Positions 12,511 to 24,860 of a stretch of DNA of 64,000 nt are shown here, in pieces (within the stretch, counting starts at the first letter, position 1; every line of letters begins with the position of its first letter). This DNA comes from Macrostomum lignano (lineage: Eukaryota), in assembly GCA_002269645.1 (NCBI GenBank), contig NIVC01001552.1, forward strand, positions 186,001 to 250,000. Direction: 5' to 3'. The notes beneath the pieces are model-generated. The model worked only from the letters and a program-made list of their open reading frames with translations. It was not told the DNA's origin and did not search any database. The translations under genes and the position numbers were made by a program.

Positions 12511-12597
12511 AGTTTTGCCATCCAGTTTAGACATCCTTGATGCAGCAACACAGCCGTAAACACACAAAACTGCGCCAACACACACAGGCTCGCGACA

Positions 12598-12933
12598 ATG
12601 CCCGAAAATTCGATGGAATCAATCGATGAAATCTGCGACCTAATCAAAACTCGAGTCAAGTTGACTGGCCTACACGTCTGGCTCATACTGGCGGCTGTTG
12701 CAGTCTCCGTGCTGATCAATCTCTGCCTCGCCATCCTGACAACTCATCTGTGTTTAACAAACCGGCGCTTGAACCGAAGCGGCGTGTACAAGGCCAATCC
12801 ATCCAGCGGTCGGCTGGTGTTTGACAACTGCACCCCGAGTGAGCTGGATGGGAGAAATTCCCAACTGCTCTCGGTGACGAACTGCAAGCCAAAAACGGCT
12901 GTTGCTGCTGCTGCTGCTCCTCTCGGAAAATGA
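12598..12933 (+). CDS. Putative single-pass membrane protein, 111 aa
   Basis: Non-repetitive ORF with a strong hydrophobic segment (VWLILAAVAVSVLINLCLAILTTHLCL) followed by basic residues. An in-frame stop lies upstream at 12538-12540, so the ATG at 12598 is the likely start. A spliced 5' UTR is plausible. No family recognised. Confidence 0.55.
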   Translation: MPENSMESIDEICDLIKTRVKLTGLHVWLILAAVAVSVLINLCLAILTTHLCLTNRRLNRSGVYKANPSSGRLVFDNCTPSELDGRNSQLLSVTNCKPKTAVAAAAAPLGK

Positions 12934-13249
12934 TAGTCGAAAATCAGCGACTTGAAGACTGAAAACTAATTTTTAACTCTCGCTGACAGCTGAAGCAGAA
13001 TGAAGTTACTTACTCTCGCAAAATTTCCCGCATAATGTATTAGTAAGATAAGAAGTTATCGCGTTTTTTCTTAGCACTTAATTCCTAATATGGCACGCAC
13101 CTTGTGGACTCCGAATAAAAAAACGAGTTTGGATTTTGCACAGCGACAAGGAAGAAAATTTCCGGCGAAATTTCAGCAGTTCCAACTTGCAGAGGTGAAC
13201 AACAACATGCTATTTGTGTAGGCGTACGAGCTATAATGTACAGTTATAG

Positions 13250-13590
13250 CCAGCGCCATTGAGAATGTACATGCACACGCCAGCTTTAGGCTGGAACACC
13301 GCGGGGCTAAGGCAATAATAATGGGGTGGTGGTCCTAGCCAACGCCATTGAGAATGTACACATGCCAGCTTTAGGCTGGAACACCGCGGGGGCTAAGGCA
13401 ATAATAATGGGGTGGTGGTCCTAGCCAACGCCATTGAGAATGTACACATGCCAGCTTTAGGCTGGAACACCGCGGGGGCTAAGGCAATAATAATGGGGTG
13501 GTGGGCCTAGCCAACGCCATTGAGAATGTACACATGCCAGCTTTAGGCTGGAACACCGCGGGGGCTAAGGCAATAATAATGGGGTGGTGC
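13250..13590. repeat. 86-bp tandem repeat, ~4 copies
   Basis: Unit GCCAACGCCATTGAGAATGTACACATGCCAGCTTTAGGCTGGAACACCGCGGGGGCTAAGGCAATAATAATGGGGTGGTGGTCCTA. Confidence 0.95.
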
Positions 13591-14519
13591 GTGGGCCAAG
13601 GCTGAACAGGGCCTATATTGAGTTGCAGTCTAAAATACTCAGTTTTTGTTCTGTTCTAAAATTATGTAGAGATATAGCTTTGTAGAGATGTAGATTACTC
13701 TCTCTTTCAGCGTACTTTCGCTGTTTGCATTAATTAATTAACGTTAATTTAATGATGTTTTACCAATAGTTTTAGCAATAGCGTCATTTTACTTTAGTTG
13801 CATGCAATGGTAAAAAAACTTGCACATCATCAAGATTACATATACAGATATGATCCAATCACAATTGCTTCAGTCATATTGATCATTCATATCATCAATA
13901 ATATATCAAATTAGTGACTATGAAATAACTGACCCATAAAATCGTGAATATTATTAGTAATAAAATGTAACACACTTCTGCAGAGTTAACAACACAGGTG
14001 CACCGTAAAATGATACGGTGTAGCACACACAATCAAGTATATTTTGCTATATAATAGGACCTATGCACACAAGCACATCTTGCTAGTGTCCACGGGAAAA
14101 ATCCTATCAAAATTCCAAATTTTAGCAGTAAACTTAACCTAGTCAGGAATGTTATTGATTTAGTATTGTAAAAACATTTCATATTTACACAGCATAAAAG
14201 TAATAGTTAATGATAGCTAATAGATTAAAATAGTACGAATAGTTGACAGAAGAAGTTCGCGATCATTGGAATTGTGTCAATTAGGCAATTATATTAAAGG
14301 AATGTATGTTACGTTTGAAAACACGGACCTTAATATAAATAGTCACTTTAGCAGCAGAGGCGGACATTGCAACACAATGGTAGAAATATGTTTATTTCAG
14401 TTCGATCAATTGATTGTTAGTAAAAACTTCCTTTACACACGCATGAAATTATATAAAAAAATGTTATCAACATTTTAACAACTATCAATAGCAGCTCACT
14501 TTTACATTGACTGGGTGAT

Positions 14520-14965
14520 GCAGTGTCTGTCCAAGTGTTTGTCCTAGTGAGTGTCTTAGTGTCTGTCCAAGTGTTTGTCCTAGTGAGTGTCTTAGTGTCT
14601 GTCCAAGTGTCTGTCTTAGTGTCTGTCTTAGTGTCTGTCTTGATGCCTGTCCTAGTGTCCTACTGCCTTAGTGCCTGTCCTAGTGTCTGCTTAAGTGTCT
14701 GTCCTAGCGAGTGTCCTAGTGTCTGTCCTAGTGCCTGTCCTAGTTTTTGTCCTAGTGTTTGTCCTAGTGCCTGTCCTAGTGCCTGTCCTAGTGCCTGTCC
14801 TAGTGCCTGTCCTAGTGTCTGTCCTAGTGCCTGTCCTAGTGCCTGTCCTAGTGCCTGTCCTAGTGTCTGTCCTAGTGCCTGTTCTAGTGCCTGTCCTAGT
14901 GTCTGTCCTAGTGCCTGTCCTAGTGTTTGTCCTAGTGTTTGTCCTAGTGTCTGTCCTAGTGCTTG
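14520..14965. repeat. 12-bp minisatellite (GTGCCTGTCCTA)n
   Basis: Direct inspection. Confidence 0.93.
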
Positions 14966-15056
14966 TCATTACGGAACGCAGGTCATCAGCACAGCCAGTT
15001 TAATGCATGCAAACAACCTCAGTCTTGTCAATCAACAGTTGAAGGCTGAACACTGG

Positions 15057-18000
15057 TTAGTGAAACTTTGCTAGCAAAATCTGAACGATAATCAGCAGAG
15101 CAGCGGGCGCTGCAACCGAAGCCGGGGTGGCGATGTTCCGACTCGAACCTGAGCAGATGGCCGCGCCAGTTCGGCCGGGGACGGGCGTGTCCGAAGCTGC
15201 AGTTTTTTATGGCAACGGTTATTAAGGCTTAATTAATTTATGGCCACGTAGAATAAGACTTTATTGCACGGACTATATAAATAAGGGTCTTCGATTCTTA
15301 GGTTGGATTAGTGTCATATCTCAGGGTGGATTAGTGTCATATCTCAGGGTGGATTAGTGTCATATCTCAGGTTGGATTAGTGTCATATCTCAGGGTGGAT
15401 TAGTGTCATATCTCAGGGTGGATTAGTGTCATATCTCAGGGTGGATTAGTGTCATATCTCAGGGTGGATTAGTGCCATATCTCAGGGATGGATTAGTGTC
15501 ATATCTCAGGGTGGATTAGTGCCATATCTCAGGGATGGATTAGTGTCATATCTCAGTGATGGATTAGTGTCATATCTCAGGGTGGATTAGTGTCATATCT
15601 CAGGGATGGATTAGTGTCATATCTCAGGGTGGATTAGTGTCATATCTCAGGGATGGATTAGTGTCATATCTCAGGGTGGATTAGTGCCATATCTCAGGGT
15701 GGATTAGTGTCATATCTCAGGGTGGATTAGTGTCATATCTCAGGGTGGATTAGTGTCATATCTCAGGGTGGATTAGTGTCATATCTCAGGGTGGATTAGT
15801 GCCATATCTCAGGGTGTATTAGTGCCATATCTCAGGGTGGATTAATGCCGTATCTCAGGGATGGATTAGTGCCGTATCTCAGGGATGGATTAGTGTCGTA
15901 TCTCAGGGATGGATTAGTGCCATATCTCAGAGATTGATTAGTGCCATATCTTAGGATGGATTAGTGTCATATCTCAGGGATGGGTTAGTGCCATATCTCA
16001 GAGATGGATTAGTGCCATATCTTAGGATGGATTAGTGTCATATCTCAGGGATGGGTTAGTGCCATATCTCAGAGATTGATTAGTGCCATATCTTAGGATG
16101 GATTAGTGTCATATCTCAGGGATGGGTTAGTGCCATATCTCAGAGATGGATTAGTGCCATATCTTAGGGTGGATTAGTGCCGTATCTCAGGGATGGATTA
16201 GTGCCATATCTCAGGGTGGATTAGTGTCATATCTCAGGGTGGATTAGTGCCGTATCTCAGGGATGGATTAGTGCCATATCTCAGGGATGAATTAGTGCAA
16301 TATCCCAGAGATTGATTAGTGCCGTATCTTAGGATGGATTAGTGTCATATCTCAGAGATGGATTAGTGCCATATCTTAGGATAGATTAGTGTCATGTCTC
16401 AGGGATGGATTAGTGCCATATCTCAGAGATGGATTAGTGCCATATCTTAGGATAGATTAGTGTCATATCTCAGGGATGGATTAGTGTCATATCTCAGGGT
16501 GGATTAGGCCATATCTCAGGGTGGATTAGTGCCATCTTAGGGTCAATTCGCTGCGATTCTCAAATAATACTAACAACAAAAATCGAAATCTCACCAGTCA
16601 CTTGAATAGTGGCGCTACCAGTGCCATCCTTAACGGTGTTCATAGCGGAGCAGGTGTAGGTACCCACGTGTGATGATTCGAACGGGTAGATGAAGATAGA
16701 CAGGTAGATGGTGGAGTCAGCGCCTCGCATGTGAAACAGGCGGACACTGAAAAAAGTACGATTGAAATGAACAAATCAATTCTATAGTAGATAGCTATGT
16801 TCGGCAATCTCCACCTTTAGGAAAGATTGGATTCGAAATATGAGAATGATTGAATTCAAAATTTCACCCTATAAGAGTGACCGAATTCAAAATCTCACCC
16901 TATAGGAATGATAGAATTCAAAATCTCTCCTTATAAGAATAATAGAATTCAAAATCTCACCCTATAAGAATGACAGAATTCAAAATCTCACCCTATAAGA
17001 ATGACAGAATTCAAAATCTCACCCTATAAGAATGATAGAATTCAAAATCTCACCCTATAGAAATGACAGAATTCAAAATCTCACCCTATAAGAATGACAG
17101 AATTCAAAATCTCTCCTTATAAGAATGACAGAATTCCAAATCTCATTCTATAAGAATAATAGAATTCAAAATCTCACCCTATAAGAATGACAGAATTCAA
17201 AATCTCACCCTATAGAAATGACAGAATTCAAAATCTCACCCTATAAGAATGACAGAATTCAAAATCTCACCCTATAAGAATGACAGAATTCAAAATCTCA
17301 CCCTATAGGAATGACAGAATTCAAAATCTCACCCTATAAGAATGACAGAATTCAAAATCTCACCCTATAAGAATGACAGAATTCAAAATCTCACCCTATA
17401 GAAATGACAGAATTCAAAATCTCACCCTATAAGAATGACAGAATTCAAAATCTCACCCTATAAGAATGACAGAATTCAAAATCTCACCCTATAGGAATGA
17501 CAGAATTCAAAATCTCTCCTTATAAGAATGACAGAATTTCAAATCTCATTCTATAAGAATGATAGAATTCAAAATCTCACTGCTATAGGAATGGCAGAAT
17601 TCAAAATATCATTCATATAAAAAGACAGAATTAAAAATCTCATCCCCTCTCACCCGTTCGAGCCATCCTTGAGAGTTTCGCCTCCCTTAGTAACCGTGAT
17701 GGCGCCCTGCGCAGGCTCCGGGTTGGCCTCAACAACGCACAGCAATTCGAGAGTACATCCGAATTTCTGACTGGCCCTGGCGCCGTTTTCAAAACTGACA
17801 GCGGGCTTGAAGTTCACGCTGAGCCGCACGGGCCATTGGCTGGATCCGATTCGGTTAATAGCGTTGCAGATGTACGTGCCGCGATCCGAGGCCTGTAAGT
17901 GCCGAATATAATAATCAATTAGCTTGTCTGACTGCCTACTGGAAGTAGCCAAGTTAAGAAGCTCCTTTCTGCTGCTAGAAAACTTATCGTAATGAGGTTT

Positions 18001-19290
18001 GTCTACCTGGGGAATCTCTTCAATCTGAGGTTTGTCTACCTGGGGAATCTCACTAATCTCAGATTTGTCTACCTGGGGAATCTCTACAATCTCAGGTTTG
18101 CCTACCTGGGGAATCTCACTAATCTCAGATTTGTCTACCTGGGGAATCTCTACAATCTCAGGTTTGCCTACCCGGGGAATCTCATCAATCTCAGGTTTGT
18201 CTACCTGGGGAATCTCTACAATCTCAGGTTTGTCTACCCGGGGAATCTCATCAATCTCATGTTTGTCTACCTGGGGAATCTCATCAATCTCATGTTTGTC
18301 TACCTGGGGAATCTCATCAATCTCAGGTTTGTCTGGGGAATGTCCTGGGGAATCTCATCAATCTCAGGTTTGTCTACTGGGGAAATCTCAATAATCTCAA
18401 ACGTGTCTACCTGGGGTATCTCACTAATCTCAAAGGTGTCTACCTGGGGAATCTCACTAATCTCAGATTTGTCTACCTGGGGAATCTCACTAATCTCAGA
18501 TTTGTCTACCTGGGGAATCTCACTAATCTCAGATTTGTCTACCTGGGGAATCTCACTAATCTCAGATTTGTCTACCTGGGGAATCTCACTAATCTCAGAT
18601 TTGTCTACCTGGGGAATCTCACTAATCTCAGATTTGTCTACCTGGGGAATCTCACTAATCTCAGATTTGTCTACCTGGGGAATCTCACTAATCTCAGATT
18701 TGTCTACCTGGGGAATCTCCCTAATCTCAGATTTGTTTACCTGGGGAATCTCACTAATCTGAGGTTTGTGTATAACCGTCTCATACCTGCACAGAGTTGA
18801 AGAGAATCTCGCTGCCTTCCACCTGTCTGCCGTAGTCGCGGATAACCGAGCTGCTGCCGGCGGACCTCAGCCAGTACAGCCGGGGGGTCGGCATGCCGAC
18901 CGCTTTGCAGCGCAGCCGGACGCTGTCCCCAACGCTGGCCGAAGTTTCAAACGACGTGTCCTGGATTTCGAATCTGGGCAGCTCGTACACGTGCACCCGG
19001 CGAGAGCGGCGAATCTCTGTGGATCGATCGTCGTAGAACACCTCGCACATGTAGGTGCCCTCCGAGCTGTACGCTACGGACATGATCTCCAGGCGGATGC
19101 TGAGCTGCGATGTGCCCTGGCAGCGTTCGGAATGGGTGCGGCTGAATTTGGCCTGGCTGTCTGTCTGGCTGTCTGTCTGTCTCAGTGTCTTAGTGTCTGT
19201 CTTTCTATCTTAGTGTGTCTGTCTGTCTTAGTGTCCGTCTGTCTGTCTATTTTAGTGTTTGTGTGTCCGTGCCTGTCTGTCCGTCTGCCA

Positions 19291-19369
<79 letters not shown>

Positions 19370-19382
19370 CAGTGTCTTAGTT

Positions 19383-19421
<39 letters not shown>

Positions 19422-22144
19422 TTCCGTCGTTCTGTCTGGCACAATACTAAATAAAACACGAAAAATTACCTGCGAGATCCGATACTTGGATGCATCCAAT
19501 GACTTCAGGCCGTCATTTAGGGTTATAGACGAAGTATTAGTCATGTACTTCCACAGGATTGGTCGGCCAGTCTTCATGTATAGCACGGAGCATTCGAAGA
19601 TGATGTTTTCACCAAGAATTGCATCCACGCGAGAGAGGGTACTAGTCAGTGTAGTGATTCGATCCGATTTGGAGTCGGGGTTCACATCAGTGATGGTCAC
19701 AATTGGCGTCATAATCTCTTGACCTTTTGTGTTAAGTTTGGTTTTGGAGATTAAGATAAAAGTCAAAAGTCAAAATACATTGCTTTTCTTTGATGTTTTC
19801 AAGAAAAAATGAGTTAGAAATATTAAAATTTTGCTTTAACTTTGTGTAATATAGGCTTTATGCAAATTTAATATAACAGATATATTTAGGTTTAAAAAAA
19901 GAGCATATTACCTGATTGAAGCATTATCCATAGGCAATTAAAAAATTCCATTGGTTTATAGATAGCTTAGTTTAAAAAAATTAATTGTATAATACTGATT
20001 TAGAATTAAAATAGTTTATTAATATTTTCTTAAACCTAAAGTACTTAAACCTTTAGGCTTTAGAATCAGAGTTAGTTTCGCCAAGATAAGCATTTTTTAT
20101 TTTAGTATGTGTAAAGGGCCCTTCCTGATTTTCTATAGAATAGTTACAGATTAGTTGAACTTGAATTTACGCCAAAACTAAGATGCAATTTCTTTTGTTT
20201 TAATACTCATATTTTTCATATTATTTTACGCAAATATATTTTTGTTTTAATCTATGAGTAAAAGTAGTATAAATAGAAGCGAATTTGGCGGAGGGAGAAC
20301 CAACCTCGCGCATCGCGGTTCACTAATGAAACAGTCATATCAAAGAATAATAGTTCCAAGAAAATAAGAATTGAAGAAGTGTTTTCTGTGTTGATTCTTT
20401 TTAAGAAGTAAGAGTGAAGTAGACTGAAGCATATACAGTACATACTATTGAGAAGCAGCAGTATTGAGTAGTAAGAGAATACAAAGTAGATCTGAAATGA
20501 TATATGTAAGAATAACCAGAGGCTGTGACCCTCTGATCTCGGTAACACCCAAGGACTTGCAAAGTACATGAAATACCAGTAAGCCAAAATACTGCTCAGG
20601 CCATTATTAATTATTAAATAGAACACTACCAGAAAAACAGAACACTACCAGAATAACAGAGGAGTAAAATCTTTCAGGGCTAATAGTTTTCTAAGAAAAA
20701 TACTCAGACTAAATACACAGACTAAATACTCAGACTAAATACACAGACTAAATACTCAGACTAAATATGCAGACTAAATACTCAGACCTCTGAGATTCTG
20801 ACTTATTCTAAGATTAATAAACTCATAATTTATTAATAGAATAGTCTTGGTGACAGCTACCAACATTTATAAAAACAGGAGTTTAGCCCTTTGACAACTT
20901 TGTTGCAGCAGTGGGATAATTTCAGTGAGAGCAATTACGCCTTTGACTTATGAATATAATTATTTTTAAATAAAAGCACAAGCCAGACTTAAAGACACAA
21001 ATATGAACAATAAGACTTACTAAAACTTTTAGTAATATTTGATATAAGTAAATAATCTTTTCCATTTTTATAATCTTGGAAAAAGAACTATAAGATGATG
21101 AATTTATTTTATTATATATGCTGGCAATCTTTTAGTTTTGCATGGTTAATTATTTTTTTGAAAAATAGCAGCTTTATTAGTTACCACAAGTAAATATTTG
21201 AACTTACACAAATTTAAGAAATGGCAATATATCAATTTTGTCTATGGTTACTAGTTTGAGATAGCTAAAGGCTATGTTTATGGTGAAAACCTGAAAATGC
21301 TCTCTGTGTTTTTAAAAGGGATTGAGGTGAGAGGGACTAGGATTTTAAGAGATTTCTTACCTTGTTTGCTTTCTAAGGAATTGTGATTGTCAATCTTGAG
21401 CAACAACTCTTCTTGATCATGGCTGGATGCCTTGCAGCACCAACTAGTATAATTCTGATTGCAGATATTTGACCCACCTAGATGAGTTTCTTTGGCACCA
21501 CTATCACGCGCATAATATTTTTGGCAACATACTTTTCTGGGTGGCACACTACAATATCTAGTGCTACCAACACAACATAACAAACTTGCTAACTGTTGTA
21601 AACTTTGTTAAAACTTTGTGTTCAAAATTTGTTAAATTCAGAAAATAATTAAACATGTCTAACAAGATAGACTATATGATTGAAGATATACTACATATTG
21701 TATCATACTTGTGTATATGAGATTGTGTAAATGAAATGTATAAAATCGTGTAAATGAGGTTTATTAAACCTCAATTATAGCGTGTATAGGCCCTAGTTAA
21801 TAAAGTTAGGCCCTAAAAGATCTAAGGTAATTTCTACCTCTGAATTACTTACAATTTAATTATAATAAATGAATAAATTGTACATCATAAATTTTGATTG
21901 TGGCATCATTCTATTGAGACGAGATACATTCTGAATATGACAAAAAGCCAATATTGAAGCTTAGCTTTAAACCCTTATTAAAGCTAAAAAAACATATGAA
22001 ACCAAAATTAGGACGTTAAGTCAAGAATAGCAGAAGAAAGGGGTTTGCTATAAAATTAAACATTCACTTACCAGATGCAACCACAATCATACAGAGTACA
22101 GTCAGACAGAAAAAAGAGCACATATTTGATGGTATAATAGCCAT
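15057..22144 (-). CDS. Lachesin/IgLON-like GPI-anchored cell adhesion protein with three Ig domains, ~407 aa (exons 22144-22072, 19723-19470, 19152-18787, 17892-17654, 16746-16595, 15196-15057)
   Basis: Signal peptide MAIIPSNMCSFFCLTVLCMIVVASG. Ig motifs FECSV..W / EGTYMC; VRLRCKAVGMPTPRLYW / SDRGTYICNAIN; SQKFGCTLELLCVVEANPEP / VGTYTCSAMN. Hydrophobic C-terminal tail PAALLIIVQILLAKFH* is GPI-signal-like. All five introns are GT-AG and phase-compatible. The exon 3 acceptor (19152) is weak and tentative. Confidence 0.88.
15300..16545. repeat. 23-bp intronic minisatellite
   Basis: Unit GGATTAGTG(T/C)CATATCTCAGGG(T/AT), ~50 copies. Confidence 0.96.
16845..17640. repeat. 31-bp intronic minisatellite
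   Basis: Unit AGAATTCAAAATCTCACCCTATAAGAATGAC, ~25 copies. Confidence 0.96.
17995..18765. repeat. 33-bp intronic minisatellite
   Basis: Unit ATCTCACTAATCTCAGATTTGTCTACCTGGGGA, ~23 copies. Confidence 0.96.
19155..19440. repeat. (TCTG)n-rich intronic microsatellite
   Basis: Direct inspection; it fills most of lachesin-like intron 2. Confidence 0.93.
20470..20830 (+). repeat. Old AT-rich interspersed repeat, copy A (related copies at ~24500-24860 inverted, ~25860-26000 and ~52660-52830)
   Basis: Shared core CAAAGTAGATCT...GGCTGTGACCCTCTGATCTC...ATACTGCT(C/T)AGGCC. AATAAACTCATAATTTATTAATAGAAT (~20817) has its reverse complement at ~24507. Confidence 0.75.
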
Positions 22145-22621
22145 TTTTATGGGTCCGTCCTCAACTTGATCCTGCTGGTATCACGGGAAATAAAATAGTA
22201 ACTTCCTGATACTTCAAGCACAATGATCAAGCACAATAACTTTTTAAACTTGTCTTTAATTCTTAAAATTTAACACAAAAACATTTTTATGTGCGAAACC
22301 GTTAGTACTTTTTTTAAATTTATTGAAATATATTAAAATTCTGAAATATTTGTTTGATTTTTATTGCTTTTTCTATTTCAAGCCGTGATTTCTTTTTTCA
22401 TGGAAATCACTAAATGCTGGCTGCTGAGTATCTAATAAGATGAACTACTTTCTGTTTGTACAAAAAACTTCTGCAGTGGATAAAAAATACGTATGAGAGA
22501 CGTTCTTGCGACCAAACAAGTTACAACACTTTTTTGCGACGTCCAACTTTGTATTAAATACGTGATTTTTCTGCTCGGGCAGAATACTGAGTATTCTTTG
22601 GCTATATGTTGATCCCTACTG

Positions 22622-22921
22622 GCATACATGCGCAACAGTCGGCCGAGTCGGCCGATTCGGCCGACCGATTTGGCAGCCAACCAAGAAAGTCGCAAAAATG
22701 CCATCCCGAAAAAATAACCAAGAAGTAGTACTAAGTAGCTGACGAGGCATTTTGGCTTAATAAGGCAGTCATAGTTACTCCTGCCGTTTACCCAAAGTTG
22801 CGTTAAATTTGCTTTAGGGTTTTTTTACATGTAAGTCGCATTTTTGGCCAAAAACTACGTCGCATTTTTGTTAAAACTAAGTCGCACGGCCGAACGAATT
22901 TTGGAGGTTGCGCATGTATGC
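22622..22921. mobile_element. 300-bp MITE / non-autonomous DNA transposon
   Basis: 15-bp perfect TIR GCATACATGCGCAAC...GTTGCGCATGTATGC. Flanking direct repeat CTACTG (22616-22621 and 22922-22927), or TACT if the TIR starts one base earlier. Internal repeated AGTCGC motifs. Confidence 0.88.
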
Positions 22922-24499
22922 CTACTGGTCTAGATCAGCCTTCGGTGCAAGGGCCACTGTATATAGCTATAATCAGTGGTCCTTGCTACGGTTTTGGGGA
23001 GGATCACGTCGGAACGAAACAACGCGAGCGAACACAGTACTCATGCAGAATTGCGATTCACACTAGTATTACTATTATAGTTCTATTTAGTATTAACTAG
23101 ACTATTAGTAGATTAGTATTACTAGACTACATTTTTCTACATGTAGTCAGCAGATCAGCTGCCTCAAAAGGTGTTAGCCCAGACTGAGAAGGTCTGGGAG
23201 GATGCATGAGAAACTGAGTCAGTACAAATGGCAGAGAAATAGCACACCAGTGGTAAATTTCTAAAACGATACTGACTTGTCCACCTGTAAAGTGTTTTAT
23301 TTCCCAGTGGGGTCTAAACTTTTTTGGATTTTTTACCAAGGACCACTGTGTCCTTGTTTTTTTACCAACAATGGTGAGGGCAACGCAACTTTGCCTTATG
23401 ATTTTCACGTTTATTCAACTTTACCTGTATAATTCTCCTTCCCTGTTTCCTTATGATCAAAAAATCTCTATTAAAAAAAAATGCAAACAGTAAATTTTTT
23501 TCTGATACGCTTTACTTAGGTTCTTCCACGTTTTGTTTTTTTCTGTATCAAATTTTAAGCTAAAATGACTTGTGTCGTCACGTGGCTGACGACGACGCGG
23601 TTGAGCTAGGCCCCTATCAAACTTAAGTTTTTCATTGTAGGATGTCACACGTAGACTGTAGTAGCAAATTTTTTGCATGTTGCCTTAACCCAATAGTGAA
23701 AATAACTTTATAGTGCGAAGTATGCATTATGGCTTATGCGGTTAGTGATATAAGTGTTCTGAACTGGATTACAAGCACAAGGTCTAAATCCTACTTTTTT
23801 ATTTTTATTAGGCCCTAACTCCTTGTTGTGGCTTAGTTACCAGTCTGTTACCGATTGACATAAACAACTAAACAAGTCAACGACTTTAAAACATTGATTG
23901 GCAAATTGGCTCTGCCCAAATTGACCAAAAAACAAAAAACTAATGTATTACATAGAGTAGGGCCTAGCTTTTTTATTTGGCATTTAAATTTATTAATTGC
24001 AATTGCAACTCGATTCGGCATACTTACAAATTATATGTTGTAGTTTACCTTATCTGAATATCTGAAATCAATAATATCTTTTTATTTTATAGCAATAAGT
24101 CATAGATCAATAATAGCTAGACCTTGGACTAAATATATTATGAGTAGGCGCCTATACTATTTCTAGCTCTATAGGCCTAGGCCCCCTACTCTATAATATA
24201 GTCCATTAATAGTATTATATTACACTATATATACATGTGTTGTAGGGCTACTTTTTTAATTCTTATTAGGCCTATTGAATATCCTAAAGCTGCTACCAAA
24301 GTGGTTGTAATGGTTTGCTTCCCTCTTTTAGCTATTCCACTAATGCCACCACTGGCACCAGGTTTGCAGGTTGTAACAGGCTAAAGCTTCTCTCTATTAA
24401 AACCCTACTGAGGTCACCAAAGTTGTAACAGGGCTTAACTTTTGTCTTTATATATAATATAAATGTTGGTGCCATGCCACATGCCACCAAGGCTTTTCT

Positions 24500-24860
24500 A
24501 TAAAAATTCTATTAATAAATTATGAGTTTATTAATCTTAGAATAAGTCTGAGAAATGTGTCTTAGAATAAGTCTGAGTAGCCTATAATAATTGATAATTT
24601 GTCTGAGTATATTGTTCTTAGGATACTATTTAGCCCTTACAAGTATTATTCTCTTGTTATTCTGGTAGCATTTACTATTTTTCTAGTAGCATTCTACTGA
24701 TAATTTGGCCTAAGCAGTATATTGGCTTACTAGTATATATATTGCATGTATTTCCAATCCTGGGCATTACTGAGATCAGAAGGTCACAGCCTCTGGTTAT
24801 TGTCACATGTATCTATTTAGGATCTACTTTGTATTCTCTCTTACTATTTCCACTTATTAG
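24500..24860 (-). repeat. Old AT-rich interspersed repeat, copy B (inverted relative to copy A)
   Basis: GAGATCAGAAGGTCACAGCCTCTGGTTATT (~24771-24800) is the near reverse complement of 20512-20540. Confidence 0.75.

Noticed and set aside
21278-21583. 101-aa Cys-rich ORF in lachesin-like intron 1
   Set aside because: No convincing domain in any frame; it sits in decayed AT-rich DNA and is possibly a TE relic, but this is unsupported.
23127-23408. ORF with SGLTPFE, resembling an integrase C-terminal motif
   Set aside because: A single short motif with no DDE core recognisable nearby.
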